A DNA stretch of 33,207 nucleotides, taken from assembly GCF_004010195.1 (NCBI RefSeq), contig NC_057718.1, positions 105,674,783 through 105,707,989 on the forward strand. Direction: 5' to 3'. The translations under genes were made by a program, and so were the position numbers. Below are positions 1-11,010 of the stretch, piece by piece. Each line of letters begins with the position of its first letter. The stretch's first letter is position 1. The stretch comes from Chiloscyllium plagiosum. Its lineage: Eukaryota. The notes beneath the pieces are model-generated. The model had not been told where the DNA came from, did not search any database, and was given only the letters and a program-made list of their open reading frames with translations.

Positions 1-331
1 GCTCGGAAATTGTTTCCGTTAGGCGAGGAGACTAGGACCCGTGGACACAGCCTTAGAATTAGAGGGGGTAAATTCAGAACAGAAATGCGGAGACATTTCT
101 TCAGCCAGAGTGTGGTGGGCCTGTGGAATTCATTGCCACAGAGTGCAGTGGAGGCTGGGACGCTAAATGTCTTCAAGGCAGAAATTGATAAATTCTTGAT
201 GTCACAAGGAATTAAGGGCTCCGGGGAGAATGTGGGTAAGTGGAGTTGAAATGCCCATCAGCCATGATTGAATGGCGGCGTGGACTCGATGGGCCGAATG
301 GCCTTACTTCCGCTCCTATGCCTTATGATCT
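1..331 (+). mobile_element. CR1 LINE 3' end (ORF2 C-terminus, 3' UTR, short tandem tail)
   Basis: ORF 10..249 TRGHSLRIRGGKFRTEMRRHFFSQSVVGLWNSLP is the typical CR1 ORF2 C-terminus; 3' UTR ends gggccgaatggcct...cctatgccttatg. Confidence 0.9.
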
Positions 332-1060
332 TATAGCTCCATAGTTCCCTTTATTTAATAGAAATATTATCACTTTCATTTGTACCCTCTCCCTCTCAAA
401 TTGCAGATTGAAGCTTATTGTATTATGGTCACTACTTCCCAATGGCTCCTTCACTTCGAGGCCCCTGATCAATTCTGGTTCGTTGCACAATACCAGATCC
501 AGAATTGCCTTCTCCCTGCACCAGCTGTTCTAAGAACCCATCTCGGAGGCACTCCACAAAGTCTCTTTCTTGAGGTCCAATACCATCCTGATTCTCCCAG
601 TCTACCTGCATGTTGAAATCCCCCATAACAACTGTAGTAACATCTTTGCGACAGGCCAATTTCAGCTCCTTATTCAACTTACATCAGACATTCAGACTAC
701 TGTTTGGGGGCCTGTAGATAACTCCCAAGAGGGTCTTTTTACCCTTAGAATTTCTCATCCATACTGACTCTACATCCCCTGATTCTAGGTCCCCCCGCAC
801 AAGGGACTGAATATCATCCCTTACCAACATGGCCACCCCACCTCCTCTGCCTGTCAGTCTGCCCTTACAATAGCACATATAGCCTTGAATATTCATTTCC
901 CAGGCCCTGTCCACTTGAAGCCACGTCTCAGTTATCCCTACAATATCGTATCTGCCAGTTTCCAAAAGAGCCTCAAGGTCATCCATCTTATTTCTAATGC
1001 TTCGTGCATTCATATAATATTTTAAATTTGTTACTGCCCTCACCCTTCCCATCAACTCCT
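332..1060 (-). mobile_element. CR1 LINE fragment, APE endonuclease region, decayed
   Basis: Minus-strand ORFs with YMNARSIRNK, DIVGITETW, RGGGVA, GVIYRPPN and VVMGDFN motifs spread over shifted frames. Confidence 0.88.
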
Positions 1061-1092
1061 ATTTCACTCAACCTTACAGCATGATCCCTTTT

Positions 1093-2501
1093 TGAGACAG
1101 AGGGTGGTGGTGGAGGATTGTTTTTCAGACTGGAGGCCTGTGACCAGTGGAGTGCCACAAGGATCGGTGTTGGGTCCACTGCTTTTTGTCATTCACATAA
1201 ATGATCTGGATGTGAACATAAGAGGTATAGTTAGTAAGTTTGCAGGTGACACCAAAATTGGAGGTGTAGTGGACAGTAAAGAAGCTTACCTCAAATTACA
1301 ACAGGATCTTGATCAGATGGGCTAATGGGTTGAGGAGTGGCAGATAGAATTTAATTCAGATAAATGAGAGGTGCTGCATTTTGGAAAAGTAAATCTTAGC
1401 AAGACTTGGAAAGGCAAGGACTGATTAGGGATAGTCAACATGGCTTTGTGTGTGGGAAATCATGTCTCACAAACTTGATTGAGTTTTTTGAAGAAGTAAC
1501 AAAGAGGATTGGTGAGGTCAGAGTAGTAGATGTGAATTATATGGACTTCAGTAAGGCGTTCGACAAGGTTCCCCATGGGAGACTGGTTAGCAAGGTTAGA
1601 TCTCACAGAGTACAGGGAGAACGAGCCATTTGGATACAGAACTGGCTCAAAGGTAGAAGACAGAGGGTGATGGTGGAGGGTCGTTTTTCAGACTGGAGGC
1701 CTGTGACCAGTGGAGTGCCACAAGGATCGGTGCTGGGTCCTCTACTTTGTCATTTACATGAACGATTTGGATACGAGCATAAAAGGTACAGTTAGTAAGT
1801 TTGCAGATGACACCAAAATTGGAGGTGTAGCAGACAGCGAAGAAGGCTACCTCAGATTACAACAGATCTTGATCAGATAGGCCAATGGGCCAAGAAGTGG
1901 CAGATGGAGTTTAATTCAGATAATGCGAGGTGCTGCATTTTGGGAAAGAAAATCTTAGCAGGACTTAGACACTTAATGGTAAGGTCCTGGGGAGTGTTGC
2001 TGAACAAAGAGACCTTTGAGTGCAGGTTCATAGCTCCTTGAAAGTGGAGTCGCAGGTAGATAGGATAGTGAAGGAGGCATTTGGTATGCTTTCCTTTATT
2101 GGTCAGAGTATTGAGTACAGGAGTTGAGACGTCATGTTGCAGCTTATTACATGCAATTCTGGTCTCCTTTCCATCAGAAGGATGTTGTGAAACTTGAACG
2201 GGTTCAGAAAAGATTTACAAGGATGTTGCCAGGGTTGGAGGATTTGAGCTATAGTGGAGAGGTTGAATTGGCTGGGGCTGTTTTCCCTGGAGCATTGGAG
2301 GCTGATGAATGACCTTATAGAGGTTTATAAAATCATGAGGGGCATAGATAGGATAAATAGACAAAGTCTCTTCCCTGGAGTCCAGAAGTAGAGGACAGAG
2401 GTTTAGGGTAAGAGGAGAAAGATATAAAAGAGACCTAAGGGGTGATTTTTCACGCAGAGGGTGGTACATATATGGAATGAGCCGCCAGAGGAAGTGGTGA
2501 A
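1093..2501 (+). mobile_element. CR1 LINE RT region, decayed, with internal ~310 bp duplication; interrupted at 2501 by a PLE
   Basis: SQHGF, SCLTNLIEFFEEVT, YMDFSKAFDKVPH, SGVPQGSVLGP and KFADDTK motifs with stops and frameshifts. Confidence 0.9.
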
Positions 2502-2592
2502 AACAAGGACTGCAGATGCTGGAAACCAGAGTCTAGATTAAAGTGGTGCAGGAAAAGCACAGCAGGTCAGGCAGCATCCGAGAAACAGGAAA

Positions 2593-2627
2593 ATCGACGT
2601 TTCGGGCAAAAGCCCTTCATCAGGAAT
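2593..2627 (-). ncRNA. Minimal type I hammerhead ribozyme motif (family A) in the PLE terminal repeat
   Basis: Reverse complement AUUC-CUGAUGA-A-GGGC(UUUU)GCCC-GAAA-CG-UC^GAUU: intact core, 4-bp stem II, palindromic ACGU stem III. Confidence 0.8.
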
Positions 2628-2641
2628 AGAGGCAGGGTGCC

Positions 2642-2947
2642 NNNNNNNNNNNNNNNNNNNNNNNNNNNNNNNNNNNNNNNNNNNNNNNNNNNNNNNNNNN
2701 NNNNNNNNNNNNNNNNNNNNNNNNNNNNNNNNNNNNNNNNNNNNNNNNNNNNNNNNNNNNNNNNNNNNNNNNNNNNNNNNNNNNNNNNNNNNNNNNNNNN
2801 NNNNNNNNNNNNNNNNNNNNNNNNNNNNNNNNNNNNNNNNNNNNNNNNNNNNNNNNNNNNNNNNNNNNNNNNNNNNNNNNNNNNNNNNNNNNNNNNNNNN
2901 NNNNNNNNNNNNNNNNNNNNNNNNNNNNNNNNNNNNNNNNNNNNNNN
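2642..2947. other. Assembly gap (306 N)
   Basis: Run of N. Confidence 1.
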
Positions 2948-3136
2948 CATGGCCAATTCACCTGACCTGCACATCTTTGGACTGTGGGAGGAAACCGGAG
3001 CACCCGGAGGAAACCCACGCAGACACGGGGAGAATGTGCAAACTCCACACAGTCAGTCGCCTGAGGCGGGAATTGAACCCGGGTCTCTGGCGCTGTGAGG
3101 CAGCAGTGCTAACCACTGTGCCACCGTACCGCCCAC
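2948..3136 (-). mobile_element. HE1-type tRNA-derived V-SINE (5' part) inserted in the PLE
   Basis: Reverse complement nearly identical to 12025-12212; Pol III A box tggcacagtgg and B box ggttcaattcc; V-domain gtttcctccgggtgctccggtttcctcccaca. Confidence 0.88.
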
Positions 3137-4679
3137 AATTGATTGGTGTGGGTGTCCCGGAGATGTTCCCTAAAGCGCTGGGTTAGGAGGCGTCCAGTCT
3201 CCCCAATGTAGAGGAGACCGCATCGGGAACAACGGATACAATAAATGATACTGGTGGATGTGCAGGTAAAACTTTGATGGATGTGGAAAGCTCCTTTGGG
3301 GCCTTAGTTGGAGGTGAGGGAGGAGGTGTGGGCGCAGGTTTTGCAATTCCTGTGGTGGCAGAGGAGGGTGCCAGGAAGGAAGGGTGGGTTGTAAGGGGGC
3401 GTGGACCTGACCAGGTCGTCACGGAGGGAACGGTTTTTGCAGAAAGCGGAAATGGGTGGGGAGGGAAATATATCCCTGGTGGTGGGGTCTGTTTGGAGGT
3501 GGCGGAAATGTCGTCGGATGATGTGGTTTATGCGAAGGCTGGTAGGGTGGAAGGTAAGCACCAGGGGGGTTCTGTCCTTGTTATGGTTGGAGGGGTGGGG
3601 TTTGAGGGCGGAGGGGCGGGATGTGGATGAGATGCGTTGGAGGGCATCTTTAACCACGTGGGAAGGGAAATTGCGGTCACTAAAGAAGGAGGCTATCTGG
3701 TGTGTTCTGTGATGGAACTGGTCCTCCTAGGAGCAGATACGGCGGAGGTGGAGGAATTGGGAATACGGGATGGCATTTTTGCAGGAGGTAGGGTGGGAAG
3801 AGATGTACTCCAGGTAGCTATGGGAGTCGGTGGGTTTGTAAAAAATGTCATTGTCAAATCGGTCATCATTAATGGAGATGGAGAGGTCCAGGAAGGGGAG
3901 GGAGGTGTCAGAGATGGTGAATTTAAGGTCGGGGTGGAATGTGTTGGTGAAGTTGATGAATTGCTCAAACTCCTTGCAGGAGCATGAGGTGGTGCCAATG
4001 CAGTCACCAATGTAGCGGAGGAAGCGGTGGGAGAGTGGTGCCAGTGTAACTACGGAAGATCAACTGCTCTACGTAGCCAACAAAGAGACAGGCATAGCTG
4101 GGGCCCATACGGGTGCCCATGGCTACCCCTTTGGTCTGGAGGAAGTGGGAGGATTCGAAGGAGAAATTGTTAAGGGTGAGGACCAGTTCGGCCAAACAAA
4201 TGAGTGCGTCGGTGGAAGGGTACTGTTGGGGACGTCTGGAGAGGAAGAAACGGAGGGCTTGGAGGCCCTGGTCATGGCGGATGGAGGCATAGAGGGTGGA
4301 TATCCATGGTGAAGATGAGGCGTTGGGGGCCAGGGAAACGGAAGTCTTGGAGGAGGTGGAGGGCATGGGTGGTGTCTCAAACATATGTGGGGTGTTCCTG
4401 GACTAGGGGTGATAGGACAGTATCAAGGTAGGTAAATAGGAGTTCGGTGAGGCAGGAGCATGCTGAGACAATGGGTCGGCCAGGGTGGTCAGGCTTGTGG
4501 ATCTTGGGAAGGAGGTAGAATCGGGCGGTGCGGGGTTCCCTGACTATGAGGTTGGAAGATCTCCGGAGGTGATGAGGTTCTGTATGGTCTGGGAGATGAT
4601 GGTTTGGTGATGGAGGGGTGGGGACATGGTCGAGGGGGCGGTACGAAGAGGTGTCTTCGAGTTGGCATCTGGCTTCAGC

Positions 4680-4862
4680 GAGGAAGTGGTGAAGGCTAAT
4701 ACAATTGAAACATTTAAAAGGCATGTGGATAGGTATATGAATAGGAAGGGTCTGTAGGGATATGGGCCAGGTGGGACTAGATTGGGTTGGGATATCTGGT
4801 CGGCATGGACGAGTTGGACCGAAGGGTCTGTTTCCGTGCTCTCTCTATGACTCAATGACTCT
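4680..4862 (+). mobile_element. Resumption and 3' end of the CR1 that starts at 1093
   Basis: Continues directly from the TSD (gaggaagtggtgaaggctaatacaattgaaacatttaaaaggc); ends ggaccgaagggtctgtttccgtgct...ctatgactcaatgactct. Confidence 0.85.
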
Positions 4863-4865
4863 AGT

Positions 4866-5028
4866 AGCAAGTACTAGCTTTCAGAATGCTGCTCCTTTGT
4901 CAATTACCTGATGAAGGAGCAGTGCTCAGAAAGCTAGTGCTTCTAAATAAACCTGTTGGACTATGACCTTGTGCTGTGCGATTTTTAACTTTGTCCACCC
5001 CAGTCCAACACCAGCTCCTCCACATCAT
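4866..5028 (+). mobile_element. Short PLE terminal fragment (family B) with inverted 5' piece
   Basis: 4866-4902 is a degenerate reverse complement of 4909-4942; tail matches 21632-21722. Confidence 0.7.
4905..4939 (+). ncRNA. Minimal hammerhead motif (family B)
   Basis: UAC-CUGAUGA-A-GGAGC(AGU)GCUCA-GAAA-GC-UA^GUG; palindromic AGCU stem III; one mismatch at the base of stem II. Confidence 0.7.
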
Positions 5029-5214
5029 AAGTTCACACAACTGAGTCTTATAGCCATATGCTGCAGCCATTTTGACAAGAGGGGATTGATGTGTTAATGA
5101 GGCAACTGTCCATACTGTTTAGCACAATGCATGAGGCCAATAAGTAATTTGTTATCTTGATTCTGATTCTTGGCAGCTAACCCCTCAAAATGGCATTCTT
5201 GGGTTTTCAGCAGG

Positions 5215-5605
5215 GGGCTGTCAGGACGTTTTTCACTGGAATGTAGGAGATTGAGGGGTGACTTTATAGGGCTTTATAAAATCATGATGGGCATAGAAAA
5301 GATGAATAATAAAGGTCTTTTCCCTTAGGTCGGGGAAGTTCAAAGCTAGGGGGCATATTTTTAAGGTGAGAAGAGAAAGTTTTAACAAGGACATGAAGAG
5401 CGGCTTTTTTATTGCACAGAGTGGTTTGTGTGTGGACTGAACTACCAGAGAAAATGATACAGTTATCGTGTATAAAAGATATTTGGACAAGTACATGAAT
5501 AGCAAAGGTTTGCAGGGATATGGGCCAAATGCAGACAAATGGAACATGGTCAGTGTGGATCAAAGGCTCTGTTTCCATGCTGTATGACTTTATGAATCTA
5601 TGACT
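5215..5605 (+). mobile_element. CR1 3' fragment, old
   Basis: gaggggtgacttta, ctagggggcatatttttaaggtgaga and (tatgac/tatgaa) tail similar to the other CR1 ends. Confidence 0.75.
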
Positions 5606-5771
5606 TGGGAGGGAAGCAGCCAGTTTGGCTGACAGGCTTACTGGTGAAATGTGGAAAGAAACTGGGTAGACAGCCTCCTGCTTTCTGTGAATACAGCAGA
5701 AAAAGGACATGAGGTCAATCAGATCACTCAGTGAAAGGTAATCCCCACTGAAGCCAGGTCAATTTAATTTT

Positions 5772-6088
5772 GAGTCCTGATGAAGGGCTTCTGTCCAAAA
5801 AATGTCAACTCCTCGGATGCTGCCTGACCTGCTGTGCTTTTTCCAGTGTCACATTTTTCAACTCTGACTCTCCAGCATCTGAGGAGAAAGTGAGGACTGC
5901 AGATGCTGGAGATCAGAGCTGAAAATGTGTTGCTGGAAAAGCGCAGCAGGTCAGGCAGCATCCATTCCTGAAGAAGGGCTTATGCCCGAAACGTCGATTC
6001 TCCTGTTCCCTGGATGCTGCCTGACCTGCTGCGCTTTTCTAGCAACACATTTTCAGCTCTCCAGCATCTGCAGTCTTCATTTTCTCCC
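5772..6088 (+). mobile_element. Nested family A PLE mini-elements (younger inverted-tail copy inserted in an older copy)
   Basis: Degenerate hammerhead at 5772-5810; 5882-5963 is an inverted copy of 6012-6088; 14-bp direct repeat ctctccagcatctg at 5868-5881 and 6057-6070. Confidence 0.75.
5964..5999 (+). ncRNA. Minimal hammerhead motif (family A)
   Basis: AUUC-CUGAAGA-A-GGGC(UUAU)GCCC-GAAA-CG-UC^GAUU. Confidence 0.78.
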
Positions 6089-6239
6089 TGTTTAATTCTT
6101 AGGCAGTCTATTAGCAATTTCAGTCACCAATCAGGACATGGTTTCTTAGTTTGTTATTGTTTCTTACTCAAGAGTGTGTGTAAAAACCTGGCACGTGGAA
6201 TATGTGGGGAATTGGGAGGTTATGCTTTTTGGCATTAAG

Positions 6240-7024
6240 AATAGAGGAGCTAAGTATTATTTAAATGGAGAAAGACTGCAGAATAGAGGGAGTAGAGAGT
6301 CCGCCTCCATGACTCACAAAAAGCTGGAATTCAAGTTCAACGGTTAATATGGAAGGCAAATGGAATGTCAGCCTTTATATCAAAGGGAATGGACATAAAT
6401 GGAGGGAGGCTCTGCTAAAACTATACAGGCATTGGTCAGACCATAGTTGGATTACTGTGAACAGCTTTAGGCTCCTTATCTAAGGAAAGATACGCTGGAA
6501 TTGGAGGCAGTCTAGACAATTTTCACAATGCTGTTACCTGTCATGGAGGGATTGTGTTAGGAGGACACGTTTAGTAGATTGGACCTTGGCTTGTTGGAAT
6601 ATTGAAGAATGAGAGGTGATCTTATTAAAACATGCAAGAGTTTTAGAGGACTTCACAAGATGGATGGTTGTTTTTCATCTAGAACTAGAAGGCATAATCT
6701 TAGAGTAAGAAGTTACATGTTTAAGACAGAAATGAGGAGAAATTTCTTCTCTCAGAGGATAGTGAATCTGTGGAATTCTTTACCACAGAGGGCTGTCAAC
6801 GCAGGGTCATTAAATATATTAAAGGCTGAGACAGATCAATTTTTAATCAGTAAGAGAATCAGATGTGATAGGTAAAAATCAGGAAAGTGGTTTGGATGCT
6901 GCCTGAACTGCTGTGCTCTTCCAGCACCACTAATCCAGAATTTAGAATAATCAGATCAGTCATGATCTCATTGAATGGTAGAGCAGATTTGATGGGCTAA
7001 TTGACCTAATTCTGATCTACGTAT
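6240..7024 (+). mobile_element. CR1 3' fragment, old; ~50 bp family A PLE-tail fragment inserted at 6891-6941
   Basis: ORF 6609..6875 MRGDLIKT..TRRHNLRVR..RRNFFSQRIVNLWNSLP; insert ggatgctgcctgaactgctgtgctcttccagcaccac matches the family A tail. Confidence 0.8.
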
Positions 7025-7094
7025 TTGATTTGATTTATTAATGTCACATGCCAGTAATTAACAAAGAGACGAAGGTAGGTGAGGACCTGAAAAC

Positions 7095-8721
7095 AGTCAT
7101 TATGGAAGAGGTTGTGTTGGGCAAGAAAATGGAGCGAAGGATAGACAAGTCTCCTTGCCCTGATAGAGTGCATCCAAGGTTCTAAAAGAGATGGTGGGAG
7201 AAACAGCAAGTGCACTTGTGGTAATTTTCCAAAATTCACTGGACTCTGGGGCAGTTCCAGCAAATTGAAAAACACCAAATGTGACGCCACTGTTTAAAAA
7301 GGGTGGTAGACAAAAGTCAGGGAATTATAGACTGGTTAGCTGAACTTCTGCAGTGGGGAAGACACTTCAGTCTATTACCAAGAAGAAATAGCAAGACATC
7401 TAGATAGAAATTGTCCCATTGGGCACACGCAGCATTGGTTTATAAAGGGCAGGTCATGCTTAACAAATCTCATGGAATTCTATGAAGACATTACTAACAC
7501 AGTGGACAACGGGGACCTAGTAGATGTGGTGAACCTAGATTTCCAAACGGCCTTCGACAAGGTGCCGCACAAGAGGCTGCTGCATAAGATAAAGATGCAT
7601 GGCATTATGGATAAAGTATTAGCATGGATAGAGGATTGGTTAACCAACAGGAAGCAAAGAATGAGGATAAATGAATGTATTCTGGTTGGCAATCAGTGAT
7701 CAGTGGTGTGCCTCAGGGATCAGTGTTGGCACCGCAATTATTCACAATTTATACAGATGATTTGGATGTGGGAACCACGTGTAGTGTGTCAAAATTTGCG
7801 GATGACACTAGGATGAGTGGCAGAGCAGTGTGCAGAGGACAGGGATACTTTGCAGAGGAACATAGATACTTTAAATGAGTGGGCAAAGGTCGGCAGATGG
7901 AATACAACATTAATAAATGTGAAGTCAACCATTTTGGTAGGTCTAACAGTAAAAAGGACTTTTACTTGCATGGTAAAAAGTTGCAGCATGTTGCTGTGCA
8001 GAGGAATCTGGGTGTCCTTGCGCATGAGTCACAGAAGGTTGGTCTGCAGGTATAACGAATGATTAGGAAGGCAAATAGAATTTTGTCCTTCATTGCTAAA
8101 GGGATTGAGTTTAAAAGCATGGAGGTTATGTTGCAGCTGTATAGGGTGCTAGTGAGGCTACACTGGTGTACTGTGTGCAGTTTTAGTCTCCTTATTTGAG
8201 AAAGGATGTACTGGCACCGGAGGAGGTGCAGAGGAGGTTCATTAGGTTGATTTGAGAGTTGAGGGGGTTGGGCTTATGAGGAGAGACTGAGTAGATTGGG
8301 ATTATATTCATTGGAATTTAGAAGAATGAGGGGGGTCTTATAGAAACATAAAATTCTGAAGGGAATATACAAGGTAGACATAGAGAGGATGTTTCCACTG
8401 GCAGGTGAAAAGAGGACAAGATGGCATCGCCTCAAAATTAGGGGGAACAGATTTAGGACTGAATCGAGAAGGAACTTCGTCGTCCAGAGGGTTGTGAATC
8501 TGTGGAATTCCTTGCCCAGTGAAGAGGTTGACGCTACTTCAGTGAACATTTTAAAGCTACAAGAGATTTTTCTTTGAACAATAAAGGAATTAAGGGCTAC
8601 AGAGAGAGAGCATGTAAGTGGAGCTGAGGCCACAAAAACATCAGCCATAACCTTACTGAATGGCAGAGCAGGCTCGAAGGGCCAGATGGCCCACTTTTGT
8701 TCCTAGTTCTTATGTTATGTT
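7095..8721 (+). mobile_element. CR1 LINE, RT to 3' end, inserted in the 3' UTR of a Rex1/Babar element
   Basis: LDFQTAFDKVPH, SGVPQGSVL, KFADDT, QRVVNLWNSLP; tail ttcttatgttatgtt. Confidence 0.88.
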
Positions 8722-9590
8722 CCGAAATATCGTGAAAAGTATTGTTTTGCTTGCTAATCAGACAAATCATACCTTGCATAAGTACATCAGATTAAGAGAA
8801 CAGAATGCAGAATATAGTTTTACAGGTATAAGAAGGTGCAGAGAAAGATCAATTCTAATAATATTAGAGACCCATTTGTAATTCTGATAACAGCAGGTAA
8901 GCTGTTCTTAAATCTGTCGGTATATGTTTTCAAGCATTTGCATCTACTGCCTGATAGAAGATGCTGGTAGAGAGTATAAATGGGGTGGAAAGGGTCTTTG
9001 ATTTTGTTGGCTGCTTTCCTAAGACAGCAGCAAGCGTAGTTGAAGTCAATGGAGGGAAGGCTGGTTTTCCTGATGGACTGTATTGTGTTCACAACTCTCT
9101 GTAATTTCTTGCAGTCCTAAGCACAGCAGATGTCAGACCGAGCTGTGCTGCATCCAAATAAAATGCTTTCTATGGTGCATCTATAAAAACTGCTATCGTG
9201 GACATGCCTAATTTCCTTCGCCTTCTGAGGAAGTAGAGCCGTTGGTGTAGCTTTCTTGACTGTTGCATCAACATGGATGGACCAGGATAAATCAGTGGTG
9301 ATATTTATTCGTAGAAACTTGAAGCTCTCCACCTCAGCACCACTGATGTAGACAGGGGCATGAACTCCACTCCGCTTCCTGAAGTTGATGACTAGCTCCT
9401 TTGTTTTGCTGACATTCAGGGAGAGATTGTTGTCTTTACACCATGCCAGTAAGCTGTCTATCTCCTTCCTGCACTGTCTTGTCATTGTTTGTATGGTGGT
9501 GTCATCAGCAAGTTTGTACTTGGAGTTAGAGCTGAATTTGGCCCCACAGTCGTGAGTGTAAAAGGAGTTAGAAAGAAGCTGAGTACACAG
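8722..9590 (-). mobile_element. Rex1/Babar-type LINE 3' part (its terminal tail is displaced to ~7025-7050)
   Basis: WCKDNNLSLNVSKTKELVINFRK, SFKFL.I.ITTDLSWS.H, FYRCTIESIL, IKDPFHP motifs on the minus strand. Confidence 0.8.
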
Positions 9591-9659
9591 TATAACTTAA
9601 GTGAAGTAGCTCAGATTTGAATATAACAGTGCGTAAAATAAAGCACCTTAACAAGTAGC

Positions 9660-10257
9660 TGGATTTCCATCATCATAACCACCTAATTTTGCTGTTGAAA
9701 CCCTCTTCCATGCCTTTGTTGCCTCCAAAATTCGCTATTCTACTGTACACCCAGCAAATATAACATACTACCTTCTGAACTTGCTCATCCAAATCCTGCT
9801 GCCTGTGCCTTCATTCACACCAAATTCCATTCACCCACCATCCCTGTGTTTACTGACCTCAATTGGATTCCATCGAATCAATGCCTTATAAAATTATCAT
9901 GTCTGTTTCCAAACTCTTAACCTTGTTAATGTCTATAAACTCATCCATTCCTGTAACGCTCTAAGATACTTGTGCTCTTCTAATTCAGGTGTCCTCCTGC
10001 TCACTTTTAATCATTCCACTATTAGAGGCCATGCTTTCAACTGCCTGGGGTCTAAGGCTGGAATTCCTATCCACGCCTCCTAAACCTTACTTTCCTCATT
10101 CAAATTAATCCTTCAAATCTGCCTCTGATCAAGATTTTGGTCATCTGTCCTAATATTTCTATGTGGCTCAGTGTCATACGTTTCTTTACACTTTGGAGGT
10201 GCTTTTGGATGTTTCAGCACAATAAAGGCATTCTAAACATATAAAGTTGTTATTGAA
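9660..10257 (+). mobile_element. Ancient L2 LINE 3' fragment
   Basis: gaaaccctcttccatgcctttgtt (ETL.HAFV), ctgacctcaattgg, ggctggaattcc and a terminal ataaagttgttattg typical of L2 ends. Confidence 0.65.
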
Positions 10258-10839
10258 CGTTATGGCAGTAAATGTAATATCCTGCTTAAACAGGAAGCTA
10301 TGGTTGTTTGGCCCTGGGTCACACTATCACATTTTTAGATGTTGAGAAAGGCACCTGCTACATATGGGAGCGACCAGCACCACCTACGGTGAAAAATAAG
10401 TCAGGTTTGAGATTTCTGTAGATTTTGACAGTGCTAGGATCTTAATTAACAGTGGTGGGAAAGGTGAATTAACATAATTAACATGTAAAATGGAACAAAA
10501 CAGACAACCACCAGATAAAGACAAGCAAAATCTGAAATGGTATGATTGGTAGCAAAAAAGAAAGTGAAGGAGAGAGAGTTTCAATTACAGACTTAGAAAA
10601 GATAGAAAAATAGGTAAGATAGAAATTCAACATTGAGGAGAAACTGCGTTAAAAAGAGACCAACAAGGAGAAACATACATTAGCATGACTTCAACTGGTA
10701 GAGAAACATACATTAGCATGACTATGTCCAGGAAGTCAGGTAAGGGCTTATAACTTTACAAAATTAAAATATTGCAAGTTTTAGAGACCACGAGCATTCA
10801 CGAGACTGAATGTATCATGGATAGCAGATATACATAGTA

Positions 10840-11010
10840 TATCTAAATATCTGTAAGGAAGAAGTAGATAAGATTCTTGACTTCCTAGGTAGCGAAAGAT
10901 GAGCAGAGATACACAGATTGCAGAGTTGAGGTTTAAAATCAGATCAGCCATAGTTTATTGAATGGGCTCAGGCTGGAAGGGCTGAGTCATCTATTCTTGC
11001 TCCTTGTTAA
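10840..11010 (+). mobile_element. Highly decayed CR1 3' UTR remnant
   Basis: atcagatcagccata...attgaatgg...gaagggctgagtcatctattcttgctcct resembles the other CR1 3' UTRs. Confidence 0.55.

Larger units (their letters stand above)
2502..4679 (-). mobile_element. 5'-truncated Penelope-like element (Neptune-like: RT, Cys-rich linker, GIY-YIG endonuclease), inactive
   Basis: Minus strand FYLLPKIHK..GRPIVS, LTLNNFSF, QTKGVAMGTRMGPSYACLF, FLRYIGD (catalytic D mutated), CHHRNCKTCAH, IIYCIRCSRCGLLYIGETG; 14-bp TSD gaggaagtggtgaa at 2488-2501 and 4680-4693. Confidence 0.9.

Noticed and set aside
2567..3098. Long ORFs in the ORF track spanning poly-X
   Set aside because: Artefacts of the N gap
3274..3987. 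Gly/Val-rich plus-strand ORFs
   Set aside because: Antisense shadows of the C-rich PLE ORF
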